Shown here: one piece after another, positions 37,757 through 48,032 of the stretch
Layout: each line of letters starts with the position of its first letter
Numbering within the stretch: position 1 is the stretch's first letter
Source of the DNA: a virus
Lineage: Duplodnaviria; Caudoviricetes
IMG/VR virus record: IMGVR_UViG_3300027971_000003
Span: 1-60,471 of that record
Reading direction: 5' to 3' (one strand)
Length of the DNA: 60,471 nucleotides
Notes under the pieces: model-generated
Told to the model about the DNA's origin: nothing
Seen by the model: the letters and a program-made list of their open reading frames with translations, nothing else
The model's database searches: none
Made by a program: the position numbers and the translations under genes

Positions 37757-40044
37757 TAACTCCTTAACATCTTAATCAGTTCATCGTTTATAGAATACAC
37801 ACTACCACCAGCAGCGTATGGCGCATCCCAGCTAAAAGCATTTTTTGATCTAACAAGAGGAGTCGGCTCCTCCTTTTGCGGCGCTTGTTCTTGGCCCAGC
37901 AAAAGCCCCATTAAGAGCGAGTTTTGCTGGTTCTGTTGAGTTTGAGCAGCAGCAATAGCTGGGTCAACGGCTGGTATGGCTGGAACCAATGGCTTAACTG
38001 GAACCACAGGCTTAACCGGAACCACAGGCTTAACAGGTTTAACGGGCTTAACAGGATTAACGGGTAGCGTTGGACTGACCACAGGATTGGTCACATCATC
38101 TATCGGCATACAAGCGTTGTCCGCAAAGCTCCAAAGCATCCCCGGCCCACAGTCAGGCTCCTCTTCGTCTTCGTCACTGACGCACATATTACCGTTCCAG
38201 TGCCAACCTTCTGGGCAGGTAGTGTCTAATTCGTCGTCATCGTCATCGTCCTCGTCAACAATAACAGGATTTGTAATGACAGGTTCTTCTTCGTCGTCCT
38301 CGTCTTCCTCGTCGTCCTCGTCAACAATAACAGGATTTGTAATGACAGGTTCTTCTATGATAGGTGGTTCTATATCTAAGATAGGTTCTTTTACGATAGG
38401 TTCTTCGTCGTTTATGATAGGTGGTTCTATATCTAAGATAGGTTCTTCTATGATAGGTTTCGGTAATGGCAATGGTTCTTCTATAGGTTTTGGGTCTGGC
38501 TTAACTTCAGGCGTTGGTTCTACAGGATTGTTTACAACCACAGGTTGATTTGTGTTGGGGTCTACATAGGTAGAAGTGCCATCGCCGTTATCAATAACCA
38601 CCGGAGGTGGCGTAGGAACACCGCCCTGATCTGGCGCAGGAGTTAATGTGGTTTCTGGAGTGGTAGGTACAACAGTTGTTTCATTGGTTACTGGGTCTGT
38701 AGACGTTGTAGTGCCGTCATCATGCGTTACCACTATTGGAACGGGGGTTACGGGAGCTTCAGTTGTTGCGGTATTGACTGGGGTTTCTTCAACCGGAGGA
38801 ACGTATACAGGAGGCTGTGGAACTTCACCTTGATCCGGTGCGGGAGTTAAGGGAGTTTCCGCAGCTACCGTAGCGGCAGCGGCTTCGTCATCCGTTACCA
38901 CACCCGATGCGGCTTCTGTAGCTGTTTTACTACCTGAGTTGATTGCCTTCATTGCGGCTGAAGTAAACAGCTTTGCTGGGTCAACTTCGCCGGTCGTTAT
39001 AGCTTGGTTAATGGCTTGAGTGATAGTCGGCATCATTGACGCCGGAATGTCGAGGTCTTTAAAGACGCCCGATAATTCTTTGTTAACTTCACCAGATACC
39101 GCACCAGCCAAAAGAGCTTCTGGACTTATAGTTCCGTTCTTTACCAGTTGAGTAACTGCTTTTGATACTGTATTTGAAATGTCACTACCAATGCCAGCAT
39201 CAGTCAAAGACTGAGCAATTCCACCGCCCAGCATAGAGAACGCGCCACCTGTAATTGTACCTATACCGCCTTTAATGGCAGCGTCAAAGGGGTCTTGCCC
39301 AGACAGAGCAGCGTTTAAACCTGATGTCAGAGCGTTCTTGCCAGCAGCGCCAGCAGCGTCAGTGATGCCTTTTATTACATCGGTGGGTAATCCTTCTAAA
39401 GCAGTGCCAATTGCTGCATTTATGCCCCCAGCCGCATCCGCTAAACCTAGCCCAGCACTTGCGGCATCAGATATCGCGCCCATCATTGGGCCACCAATAG
39501 CCGACATCATTAACTTAAGTGGGACTCCGGCATCCAGCATTTTGTTTATAAAATCGCCACCGCTTCCATACGACCCAAGTCCAGAATTTTTAAAATACTC
39601 TTGAGTTACTGCATTGTGAACATTTGCGGGAAGAACATAGCCGTATTCAGGGTCATACTTTGGTTTAATGCCATATTTATTCAGAACATCGGTATAACCC
39701 TTACGGTCTAGAGACTGTCCAATTTGAAAATCGCCAGACGGGGTCGTGCCACCTACATTGCTTGAACCCCAAGAATCACCAGATTCATCCCCAGACAATT
39801 TATATTCATCTGGAACATAGCCTTGAGAACCAAAAATATTTTTACCAGACTGGTCTGCTGCGTTCATGTAATCCCACGAACTATCCGTAGGAGTCATTTT
39901 GTAAGTAAAACCGTTCTCGCTATCGCCTTGCCTTTGGTTGTTAAATATCTGTCCCGTAGAAGTATCAACAAACGCCTCTACTTTTTCCGTTCCATTTTCA
40001 CTGTCGGATTTACGGTCATATTGTGGTTGTCTGACTAATGCCAT
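37756..40044 (-). CDS. Putative virion protein with glycine-zipper, P/T/E-rich and Cys-rich segments
   Basis: Start placed at MALVRQ (40044); internal duplications; CPEGWHWNGNMC and CGPGMLWSFADNAC modules. Confidence 0.55.
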   Translation of the reverse strand: MALVRQPQYDRKSDSENGTEKVEAFVDTSTGQIFNNQRQGDSENGFTYKMTPTDSSWDYMNAADQSGKNIFGSQGYVPDEYKLSGDESGDSWGSSNVGGTTPSGDFQIGQSLDRKGYTDVLNKYGIKPKYDPEYGYVLPANVHNAVTQEYFKNSGLGSYGSGGDFINKMLDAGVPLKLMMSAIGGPMMGAISDAASAGLGLADAAGGINAAIGTALEGLPTDVIKGITDAAGAAGKNALTSGLNAALSGQDPFDAAIKGGIGTITGGAFSMLGGGIAQSLTDAGIGSDISNTVSKAVTQLVKNGTISPEALLAGAVSGEVNKELSGVFKDLDIPASMMPTITQAINQAITTGEVDPAKLFTSAAMKAINSGSKTATEAASGVVTDDEAAAATVAAETPLTPAPDQGEVPQPPVYVPPVEETPVNTATTEAPVTPVPIVVTHDDGTTTSTDPVTNETTVVPTTPETTLTPAPDQGGVPTPPPVVIDNGDGTSTYVDPNTNQPVVVNNPVEPTPEVKPDPKPIEEPLPLPKPIIEEPILDIEPPIINDEEPIVKEPILDIEPPIIEEPVITNPVIVDEDDEEDEDDEEEPVITNPVIVDEDDDDDDELDTTCPEGWHWNGNMCVSDEDEEEPDCGPGMLWSFADNACMPIDDVTNPVVSPTLPVNPVKPVKPVKPVVPVKPVVPVKPLVPAIPAVDPAIAAAQTQQNQQNSLLMGLLLGQEQAPQKEEPTPLVRSKNAFSWDAPYAAGGSVYSINDELIKMLRS
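37980..38460. repeat. Coding repeats inside the 37756-40044 gene
   Basis: Duplicated EEPVITNPVIVDEDD (about 38247 and 38313) and EPILDIEPPII (about 38359 and 38416); PVK repeats. Confidence 0.8.
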
Positions 40045-40045
40045 C

Positions 40046-40696
40046 TCAAGCTCCCGGCAATGCTGAAACAAAGGACAATGTAGCAATCACAGAGGCTGTG
40101 GTTGGGCGGGTGGGGGTAACTCCGGCAGCGTAGTATTGAAGGGAGACTTGGGCATCATCCGTAGACCACCACAACTCTACATACTGGCTTGCTTGTAGCT
40201 CAACAAAGTAGTTCCAAGCTGCAATGGTATGCCCGTTTACACCGCCATGCTTATTAGGCACCGAAACAAGACTGTTAGACCCAACCACATCTGCGCCGTT
40301 TACACGCATCCAGACACTTGCATCATGTAGTTGGGTATCGGCGTTCTCAAACTGACCAGACCATTGCAGGTTATAGATACCTGCTGTAGTTACCGTTATT
40401 CTAGAGTTACTCACCACAGACACAGCATTAGAATAGTCTGTGACGTTAAACGTCATTGCGGTTGCTGTGTTTACTGTGGCGGTCTGGTCAACCCCGGACT
40501 GAAAAGCGCCATGAGGGAACTGAATATTAGCCCCGCCGTTGACGCTCAGTATGGCGTTTAAACCATTGCACAGCCTATTAAAGAACAAACGAAGCACGTT
40601 GTTAGTCTGATCTTGGTAAGCACGAGCGTAGTCATCCGTTGCTTGTGGAAGGGCGGGAGGGTCTACCTTGCGGATGTAGTTAGTGGTTGTGGTCAT
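40046..40696 (-). CDS. Putative virion protein
   Basis: N-terminal PALP...Y...NNVLRLFFN motif and beta-rich C-terminal domain; follows the nozzle gene. Confidence 0.55.
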   Translation of the reverse strand: MTTTTNYIRKVDPPALPQATDDYARAYQDQTNNVLRLFFNRLCNGLNAILSVNGGANIQFPHGAFQSGVDQTATVNTATAMTFNVTDYSNAVSVVSNSRITVTTAGIYNLQWSGQFENADTQLHDASVWMRVNGADVVGSNSLVSVPNKHGGVNGHTIAAWNYFVELQASQYVELWWSTDDAQVSLQYYAAGVTPTRPTTASVIATLSFVSALPGA

Positions 40697-42789
40697 CTGC
40701 GACCATCTTGCCTGATATCAAGTCTAGGAGAACCCAACTGCCATTGCACACCCAGAGCCGTTGACCGCACCTCCATCACCAACTGCCTACCTCTGACGCG
40801 GGTATTAATCTGACCAGTGAATTCCTCAATTGGCAAGATCGCTGTCCGAGTCACAGCCGCCGCCCCACTAGGGGTCGTAGAACCGCCCACAGAAACTGGA
40901 CTGTTATAGCCAGAACCTGAGTTCTGTAACGGCTTGAGATACATTGTCACACTGGGAGAGGCGGCTGTAGACCCACTGAACGTGATATCAGGTAACACAC
41001 GCCAGACAAAGCCAAACTTATATCCGTCATCAATATCAAACTCAGCGGACGAGATATATGATTCTATGGCTACCGGCGTCCCAGTGGTGTCGTCATCCAG
41101 ACCTAATTCGTGGTCTACCAAGTTTTTGTCATAGGTAGCAGCCAGCGGGTAATTCCGAATCCCCGAGTCTAACCAAGCAGTCCTACCCATCGTGCCGTAA
41201 TACCACGCCCCAGCACCTTGGTTTTCAACATAGTTATAAATCACATAACGGTCTACAACAGTCGAGCCTAACGAACAGTAAAACCACCAAATCTCATTAA
41301 ACCCCTCGTTAGTGGACGCAAAAACTTGAGCATACTGAGCCTTGTCAATATCTTCAAATATAAACCGTAGCAAATCACAGTTAAGCGTCTGGCTGCGTCC
41401 GTCGTATTTGTAGAACTTATCTACCCCCATCCAGTAAGACACACCGTTAGCATAAGCCACTGCATTAGGCCCAGCAATGGAGATGTTATCCGCCATAAGC
41501 TGCGTTCCCCAGATCACGGGTGGGCCAAGATATTGGAGGGAATACAAGGCAGAATCAGTCCAGACCAAAATCTCCTGACGAGACTGATTGGTAGCAACGA
41601 TTTTAGAACCATGCGATAACCGAACATCCCCTGCCTGATTGGTTGGGTCTGGAGTCCAATCGGTAAAAGATTCTTGGTCTGACCACCGAATAAGCAAGGG
41701 GTCTTGAATGGTACTACCAAGCTCATTAGCGCCCATACAAAACACAAACCTGCTTGTATCGGAAATTAACAGGCAGTTCTGGTATATAGGTACGTCTGAG
41801 GCACCACTAATAGAAACAATATTTATACCGCGTGGTGATATGGAATGCACACCAGACTGACTGCCGCTGGTATTGATAGCGGCCCCGCCTACGGTAAGAG
41901 CTAGGCTAAAGGTCGTTCCGGTAGTCCGTACGTAGTAGACAGTTCCAACTAGCAATCCAGTCGGCAAAGCCCCTGTAGTTGTAAGAGTAATGGCTGTGTT
42001 AATTGGTAAGCTAATGGTAGAAGTAACGACACCGGGGGTAGCAATTGTGACGGTAAACGTCTTTGGCAAGGTGCCTATCGTTGCATTCCAGTAGTAGATG
42101 CCGCCGCCCCTTGGCCCGTAGATCAAGTCCTGACCAAAGTTTGCTTGGTTCCATATGCGGATAGGTTCAGTTGAGGAAGTCCCATTGCCCCATGTTCCGG
42201 TATTCCACCCGCCAGCGCCCCAACCAACCAGCGCAGTAGCTATCTCTGGGCCTACATCAATGGTTGAAACCGCATATACAGTGCCTCCACCCGCCGCAAC
42301 AGTAGAAGTTGCATTAGAACTTGCGGTGATAGTGTATGTAGCACCGCTGACATAGGTAATCTGATACTCACCAGATATGGTCAAACCACCCACAGCAGTG
42401 CCGCCAGTGAAGGTCACGAAGTTACCGTTAGAACCACCAGCGCCAGTTACAGTTACGATGGGGGAACCGCTAACAGTAGCAAAAGGATTTGTCAGGGTAA
42501 CAACAGTTTGATTTGGGGTAACGTCGTCGTATGAACCACCTTGGGTGATATAGAATTTAAGGTTGGTACCAACGCCGGTTAATCTAACTGCACCCAGTGT
42601 TATCCATGCCCACAACGAACGACATATACCTAAAAAAGTATTGGTAGAAATACGGCTCCAACCACCGATCTTCTCAGGTGTGCCTTGGCGAAAACGAACC
42701 TTGTCGGATTCATACCAGCCGTTCTCGTTGGTATAGCGAGTGTTCTCTCTATTGACCCCACTTTTAAGTTTTAGTTTTTGTAACGGCAT
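40693..42789 (-). CDS. Tail nozzle/tubular protein (P22 gp10/T7 gp12-like)
   Basis: VRFRQG.PEKIGGW, IRWSDQE, EIWWFY and DGRR end; beta-propeller-like composition. Confidence 0.7.
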   Translation of the reverse strand: MPLQKLKLKSGVNRENTRYTNENGWYESDKVRFRQGTPEKIGGWSRISTNTFLGICRSLWAWITLGAVRLTGVGTNLKFYITQGGSYDDVTPNQTVVTLTNPFATVSGSPIVTVTGAGGSNGNFVTFTGGTAVGGLTISGEYQITYVSGATYTITASSNATSTVAAGGGTVYAVSTIDVGPEIATALVGWGAGGWNTGTWGNGTSSTEPIRIWNQANFGQDLIYGPRGGGIYYWNATIGTLPKTFTVTIATPGVVTSTISLPINTAITLTTTGALPTGLLVGTVYYVRTTGTTFSLALTVGGAAINTSGSQSGVHSISPRGINIVSISGASDVPIYQNCLLISDTSRFVFCMGANELGSTIQDPLLIRWSDQESFTDWTPDPTNQAGDVRLSHGSKIVATNQSRQEILVWTDSALYSLQYLGPPVIWGTQLMADNISIAGPNAVAYANGVSYWMGVDKFYKYDGRSQTLNCDLLRFIFEDIDKAQYAQVFASTNEGFNEIWWFYCSLGSTVVDRYVIYNYVENQGAGAWYYGTMGRTAWLDSGIRNYPLAATYDKNLVDHELGLDDDTTGTPVAIESYISSAEFDIDDGYKFGFVWRVLPDITFSGSTAASPSVTMYLKPLQNSGSGYNSPVSVGGSTTPSGAAAVTRTAILPIEEFTGQINTRVRGRQLVMEVRSTALGVQWQLGSPRLDIRQDGRR

Positions 42790-42790
42790 C

Positions 42791-43237
42791 TTATGCCCCT
42801 AAATATACGGCACGTTCGTCTTTTCGACGGTTTACCAGCCCCTGAAAGACTTTACCCCCTGCCTTGGTATACAGCAAAAAACCGTCCGCAGCACCTTCAA
42901 ACTCACCCCGATTGTGCTTCATGCGGATGCTGGCTCGCTGGAGTCCACCTGCCCCTAAATTAAACGCAAAGGAGACAAGTGCATCAAAGCGAGGCTGAGT
43001 AAGATTAACAGGACATAATCTGCATACCCAAGACTCAAAACGAACAAGGTCTTTTTTAAGAAGCGCATGAACTTCCTCCAGTGTAAGGGTCTTGCTCCAT
43101 TCGTCAGGTAACGACTTCCCATCGCCAATCAGATGCCCGACACCCACCGTCCAGAGGCCAATGCAGTCCTGATAGGGCTTACGACGCACCCCCTCATGGT
43201 GACACAACATCTCAATGGCTTTGTCGGAGACGTTCAT
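42791..43237 (-). CDS. Endolysin, GH24 lysozyme
   Basis: EG...PYQDC.G.WTVGVGH, FDALVSFAFNLG and GLVNRR motifs. Confidence 0.92.
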   Translation of the reverse strand: MNVSDKAIEMLCHHEGVRRKPYQDCIGLWTVGVGHLIGDGKSLPDEWSKTLTLEEVHALLKKDLVRFESWVCRLCPVNLTQPRFDALVSFAFNLGAGGLQRASIRMKHNRGEFEGAADGFLLYTKAGGKVFQGLVNRRKDERAVYLGA

Positions 43238-43740
43238 TTCTTGCTGAAAGCCTGTGTTCCGAACCAGAACGAAACAATGGATGCCCAGATAGTCTGGGTA
43301 TCGTCATCCCACAACTGATCCAGCGCCACGTTGAATTCTACGCCGGTCTTGAATGCGTAGATAAATCCAAACACCTCCACAAACACAAACATAATAAACA
43401 TGCCGTAGGTGATGGCAGGACGCACCATAGCCCTTGCATTGATCACCCAAGTGCTTGCCCCCTGACCTATGGCTATGTCGTGCGCGTAGAGGCTTTGGCG
43501 CTCTTCCAATGCGGCGTGTGTGTTAGCTACGTCCGCGTTGATCTGGAGTTGCTCAGTTTGGATATGCTCAATGCGTTCCTGAACCTCCAACCCTGCCCTC
43601 TTGAGCGTTAGTTCACGTTCCGTTTGCATTTGAGCCAACGTGACTTCATGCTTCTTGTCAGCACGATCCTGAAAGAAATCCAACAGCTTTGGCACACCAC
43701 CGGATAGGAAAGAGATAACCGTAGTGAGGAGAGTAAACAT
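43234..43740 (-). CDS. Holin-like membrane protein (3TM/GTA type)
   Basis: VRPAITY plus TM segments and FWFG motif; adjacent to the lysozyme. Confidence 0.7.
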   Translation of the reverse strand: MFTLLTTVISFLSGGVPKLLDFFQDRADKKHEVTLAQMQTERELTLKRAGLEVQERIEHIQTEQLQINADVANTHAALEERQSLYAHDIAIGQGASTWVINARAMVRPAITYGMFIMFVFVEVFGFIYAFKTGVEFNVALDQLWDDDTQTIWASIVSFWFGTQAFSKK

Positions 43741-43895
43741 TATTTATCACCCCTTTTGTTCCAAAGCTCAAACAGCGTTTTGATCTTTTCTTCAATTACA
43801 GCTACACGCAGGTCGATCTTGGACAGCACAATGATGAGCGTGATTAGGGCAAGCAGGATGGGCCAAGCCTTCACCAGCATATCAAACGTGTCCAT
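43740..43895 (-). CDS. Small membrane protein (51 aa)
   Basis: Manual ORF MDTFDMLVKAWPILLALITLIIVLSKIDLRVAVIEEKIKTLFELWNKRGDK*. Confidence 0.6.
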   Translation of the reverse strand: MDTFDMLVKAWPILLALITLIIVLSKIDLRVAVIEEKIKTLFELWNKRGDK

Positions 43896-44066
43896 CTACC
43901 CCGCCTTTGTCACAAGATGCAGCAGTAACATAATGATGGCACCCGCCGCCGTCAGGCCAACGGCTTCAATGCGCTTTAAACGGGCGTTGATGCTCTCATA
44001 CCGCAATTCGCAAACAGCTTCATGCGTGTTCACGCGGCCCTCAATTTCTGTGACAGATGCCATCAT
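43896..44066 (-). CDS. Small coiled-coil plus TM lysis-region protein (56 aa)
   Basis: Manual ORF MMASVTEIEGRVNTHEAVCELRYESINARLKRIE followed by a TM segment. Confidence 0.65.
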   Translation of the reverse strand: MMASVTEIEGRVNTHEAVCELRYESINARLKRIEAVGLTAAGAIIMLLLHLVTKAG

Positions 44067-44074
44067 GTTAATCC

Positions 44075-44239
44075 TTACGCGGCTTCGATTACGGTTTCAT
44101 CTTTGGGCTGCTCGACTTGCGGCTGCGCTTGGCTTTGAACCTTGACGATCAACGGAAAGCAGCCTGATTTCGACGGTAATTCACCAAGCATGTTCAAGAT
44201 GAATTGCACTTCGTTCTGTTCCAGTTCCAGCTTAATCAT
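44075..44239 (-). CDS. Small hypothetical protein (54 aa)
   Basis: Manual ORF MIKLELEQNEVQFILNMLGELP...; TAATG overlap. Confidence 0.6.
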   Translation of the reverse strand: MIKLELEQNEVQFILNMLGELPSKSGCFPLIVKVQSQAQPQVEQPKDETVIEAA

Positions 44240-44421
44240 TACTTATCCCCTATGGGTTGAGTTGTGAGTAGACGCAAAATAACGATGCCCACCGAGATCG
44301 TAATCCCGACAAACATCTGTGCTACCGGCGTCATCGGCAGCAAACCTATATAGCCCTGAACGATGGACAAGACTGCAATAACAATCGCATACCAGACGGT
44401 TTTAGACTTGAGCAGGTTCAT
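44239..44421 (-). CDS. Two-TM membrane protein
   Basis: KSKTVW...ILRLLTTQP holin-like pattern. Confidence 0.6.
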   Translation of the reverse strand: MNLLKSKTVWYAIVIAVLSIVQGYIGLLPMTPVAQMFVGITISVGIVILRLLTTQPIGDK

Positions 44422-47114
44422 TTAGCCTCCAGTGCGGTGATGCGGGTTGTCAGCGCGGTGATGATGGCTTGTTGTTCTTGGATGGCTTTTACCAAACGGG
44501 CTTCTGTTTTGCTCCACCCAGTAATAGACATAATTTTTTCAGACGAATCATCTGTAGAAATTACATCTGGGTAAACCTGTTGAATTTCTTGTGCAATAAA
44601 GCCAATTTGATGCCCACCGCCATAAGACTCAAGGTAATCAAACTCTACCGGACGCAATGCCATGATGTTAGCAAGCTGTGAAGGCAACTCAGCGATGTTT
44701 TCTTTTACCCGTTGGTCAGATGTTGAGCCAAATGCCGCCGTGTTTGCGCCGTTGGCTGTAATCTTTCCGCAGTTTGCCCCACCATTATTGATTTGAAACT
44801 GAATAAAGTTTTGCGATGTGGTTGAGTCGTTGTCAAACTTGGTTATCAGAATTGCTTGAAATGCTGTATCGCCAGATGTGCCAGTTGTACCAATTGCACT
44901 TTGTGATGCAGAACTTGTTTTTAAAGCTAATTTATATGATGTTCCACTCGTAGTCCCCACCAGCAAGTTACCGCTGGAGTCGAGAATCATGTTTCTTGCT
45001 GGAGAGGCAGTTCCATTAGCTTTTGTGAAAAAATTAAGAGACCCGCCTCGTTGGTTCGCTGTTGCGCCTTCTGAATTGGCTTCAATCAAAGCAACAGTTT
45101 TATGATTTGTAGTATTGGTACTATAAGAAAACAACAACGCCCCAAGAGCTGCCGAACTAGAATCGGCTACAGCCGCATCAGTTTCAATTTGACCTCTTGT
45201 TGATGCGTTAGCAACTGTTAAATATGTTCCAGCCCTCCAATTTTGTACTTGAGGCGAACTCGTCCCAATCCCCACGTCGCCACTGTTTGGTTGTAACAAA
45301 AGAGGAATATAAGCTGTTCCATATTTTGCTGCGTTTATATATGCCGATCCATTAGTTCCAAGAGTAGTGTCAATTCCCATACTCAAAACTATATTGGAGT
45401 TAGCAGAATTTATTATGCTAAAATTTCCATAGTTGCCGGTATAAACCTGTGTTACATCTCGCACATCCAGTTTAGCACTCGGACTACTAGCCCCAATCCC
45501 CAAGTTGCCGGAGGAGTCGAGGGTCATTGCTTGGGTGAAGGTGACTGGGTTACCTGCTGTGCCTGATGCCGCAATATTAAATTGAAATGCACCGCTTGCC
45601 AAAGCAAGTTCAAGAGCCGTACCCGTGGTCAAATAAGTGCGACCTGATGTACCGTATATATAGTTGTTCCCATAATAAGTTCCACCATTTCCGCTGGAAA
45701 TTGACCAAATTGAACCAGTTGAACCCAGTTGAAATCCTTTAAATGTAGATGACCAAGCACTAGGCGTAACCCCCAGACCCAAGTTGCCGGAGGAGTCGAG
45801 GACTAATTGATTTGCAGCAGCAACTTCGTTATAGATGCTTAAATTGCCTTGCTGACCAGACGCACCCTCAGTTTCATAGATGTTCCAATGTTGTGTTCCA
45901 GCGTAGTTATTAAACCGTAGGCCACCTGTTGCACCATTGCCAGCAGCGATGATGACGCTTGCATTGTTGTCCGAACTGCTGACAGTAAGAGACTTTACTC
46001 CAGAGGCAGCGCCTATTGTTGCATTCCCCGTCGCACTCAGCGTCGTAACGCTCGCCGCCGCTGGTGTGGTCGCTCCGAGGACTCCGTTGATGCCGCCAGT
46101 AGTGAACGTGGCGACAACAGTCGAATTAACCCCAATAACAACGCCGTCTGTTGTGTCGGTGGTGATAACCCCATAATTGCCGTAACCACCATTAACGAAG
46201 TCATTACCCGCAGCGCGGGATTTCCCGACAATCAACTGCCCAACAGTTGTTTTTAGCTTTACGGCGGCACCATATGCCACTGTCGATGCTTCAAACGTCA
46301 CGTTCTGCGCTGCTGATGGAACCGTCGCACTCAGCGTCGTAAACGAACCCGCCAGCGGAGTTGTCGTGCCAATGATGACGTTATTAAGCTGATTGCCGCC
46401 ACCTGCTACTGTGCCGCCAAGGGTGAATGCTGGTATGGTTCCCGCACTAGACGGGCTACCCAATGCCCCGCCGTTGACTACAAACGCGCCAGCAGAGCCT
46501 GTATTGACTCCAAGAGCAGTAACGACACCTGTGCCTGTGGTTGTGGTGCTTGGAGCCGCGCCAGCCCCGCCTCCTAAAACCAATGCGCTGGCTGCTAATG
46601 CTGCGGAAGATACCAATGTGCCTGTAGCGGTATAGGCTAGAACACCACCAGATGTGCCTGATGCCAAGCCTGTGCCGCCGTTAGCTACGGGAACAATCCC
46701 AGTAGTGGAGGTCACTGATACCGTTACAAAATCAACACCGTTCCAAACTACAAGAGCTGCGGTTCCCGCAACGATAGTTACGCCTGTGGTTGGGCCAACC
46801 CCGACAATCTTGATGCTTTGGGAACTGCTGGTTTTGTTGATGACAATGTAGGGTTTGCTTTGAGCAGGAGCCGTGATAGTTCTTGTTGCGGTTCCACCGG
46901 CAGTCCACAGGATAACGGCTTGACGCGCTTGGTTAGCTGAAAGCGTCGTTGTGGTAAGCGTTACGTCCGCGTCTGAACTAAGAGTGGTAGTTCCGGCAAT
47001 TGCTGTGTCCAGCAGGTTTGTCAGGGAGGCATTTACAACGTCACCCCAAGTGCCGCTTAGTTCACCGGTAACCGGAAGGGCTAGTCCAAGAAGCGTAGTT
47101 GAGGCAGTCGTCAT
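44418..47114 (-). CDS. Tail fibre with C-terminal intramolecular chaperone (Peptidase S74)
   Basis: Repeated LDSSGNLG/GIGTSSP units; SDQRVKENI...GFIAQE...LVKAIQE. Confidence 0.88.
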   Translation of the reverse strand: MTTASTTLLGLALPVTGELSGTWGDVVNASLTNLLDTAIAGTTTLSSDADVTLTTTTLSANQARQAVILWTAGGTATRTITAPAQSKPYIVINKTSSSQSIKIVGVGPTTGVTIVAGTAALVVWNGVDFVTVSVTSTTGIVPVANGGTGLASGTSGGVLAYTATGTLVSSAALAASALVLGGGAGAAPSTTTTGTGVVTALGVNTGSAGAFVVNGGALGSPSSAGTIPAFTLGGTVAGGGNQLNNVIIGTTTPLAGSFTTLSATVPSAAQNVTFEASTVAYGAAVKLKTTVGQLIVGKSRAAGNDFVNGGYGNYGVITTDTTDGVVIGVNSTVVATFTTGGINGVLGATTPAAASVTTLSATGNATIGAASGVKSLTVSSSDNNASVIIAAGNGATGGLRFNNYAGTQHWNIYETEGASGQQGNLSIYNEVAAANQLVLDSSGNLGLGVTPSAWSSTFKGFQLGSTGSIWSISSGNGGTYYGNNYIYGTSGRTYLTTGTALELALASGAFQFNIAASGTAGNPVTFTQAMTLDSSGNLGIGASSPSAKLDVRDVTQVYTGNYGNFSIINSANSNIVLSMGIDTTLGTNGSAYINAAKYGTAYIPLLLQPNSGDVGIGTSSPQVQNWRAGTYLTVANASTRGQIETDAAVADSSSAALGALLFSYSTNTTNHKTVALIEANSEGATANQRGGSLNFFTKANGTASPARNMILDSSGNLLVGTTSGTSYKLALKTSSASQSAIGTTGTSGDTAFQAILITKFDNDSTTSQNFIQFQINNGGANCGKITANGANTAAFGSTSDQRVKENIAELPSQLANIMALRPVEFDYLESYGGGHQIGFIAQEIQQVYPDVISTDDSSEKIMSITGWSKTEARLVKAIQEQQAIITALTTRITALEAK

Positions 47115-47126
47115 AATGATTCCTTA

Positions 47127-48023
47127 CTAAATAGTTTGTATTTCTTCCCAAACAGGGGTTTGTTCTGTTTCTACAGCGCCCCAAACTGGGACTTGAACCG
47201 TTGTTATTGAAGACCAATTAGGCGTTTGCGTATTCGTTATTGTAGTCCAGCCAGCCGTTTGTGAATCAGTAATCGGTGACCAATTTGGGTTTTGAACTGT
47301 GTTAATAAGTGTCCAATAAACCGCTATTGAATCCCCGACATACCCCGCTGCCGCGTTTCCAGTAAGTGCAAAAGATGTTGCTGCGCGAGAAACTGTGCCT
47401 ACCAACCCCGCTGAATCTACCCCGGTTAGGGCTATTGTCCTGCTCTGAACTACTGTGCCAACAGCACCGTTTGCTTGATTTGACGGCAGCGGGACAATAA
47501 CTTGAGCCACTACACCAGCCGCATCAACCCCTGTTACGTCTACCGCCCTGCTTTGAACAACCGTTCCAACTACACCAGATGCTGCGTTTCCAGTTAAGGC
47601 TAACGATGCCCCGCCGTGCGTTACCGTTCCTACATCACCACTAGCCACATCCCCCGTTAACGCAAAACTCCTTGCTCCCAGAGCTACCGATCCAACCGCT
47701 CCAGTTGCTGCGTTACCGGTTAAAGCTGCTTCTTTGCTATGGACTACCGTTCCAACTGCGCCACTTGCAACAACCCCGGTCAAGGCTATGGTCAGGCTTG
47801 GCGTTACCGAACCTACCGAACCTGTTGCTACATCACCTGCTTCTTCGTCTGTAACGCTGGATATTACAGTTCCTACCGTCCCTGCTGCGCTGACTCCGGT
47901 TAAAGCTATGGTCTTACTTACTCCAACCGTGCCTACATTACCCGCTCCTTCTACGCCGGTTAGACTGAGGGTGCCGCTCCAACCATTAGCACCCCATGTG
48001 CTATCCCCCCAGCCTAAAGACAT
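47127..48023 (-). CDS. Repetitive tail-associated protein
   Basis: About 22-aa ALTG..A.G.VGTV repeats; C-terminal QTPNW repeats. Confidence 0.6.
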   Translation of the reverse strand: MSLGWGDSTWGANGWSGTLSLTGVEGAGNVGTVGVSKTIALTGVSAAGTVGTVISSVTDEEAGDVATGSVGSVTPSLTIALTGVVASGAVGTVVHSKEAALTGNAATGAVGSVALGARSFALTGDVASGDVGTVTHGGASLALTGNAASGVVGTVVQSRAVDVTGVDAAGVVAQVIVPLPSNQANGAVGTVVQSRTIALTGVDSAGLVGTVSRAATSFALTGNAAAGYVGDSIAVYWTLINTVQNPNWSPITDSQTAGWTTITNTQTPNWSSITTVQVPVWGAVETEQTPVWEEIQTI

Positions 48024-48032
48024 AGCTCACCC

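Noticed and set aside
44970-46340. Repeats in the tail fibre (AAGTTGCCGGAGGAGTCGAGG at about 45502 and 45781) as DGR or invertible sites
   Set aside because: Direct coding repeats of LDSSGNL units; no reverse transcriptase, no adenine-specific mismatches, no inverted orientation.
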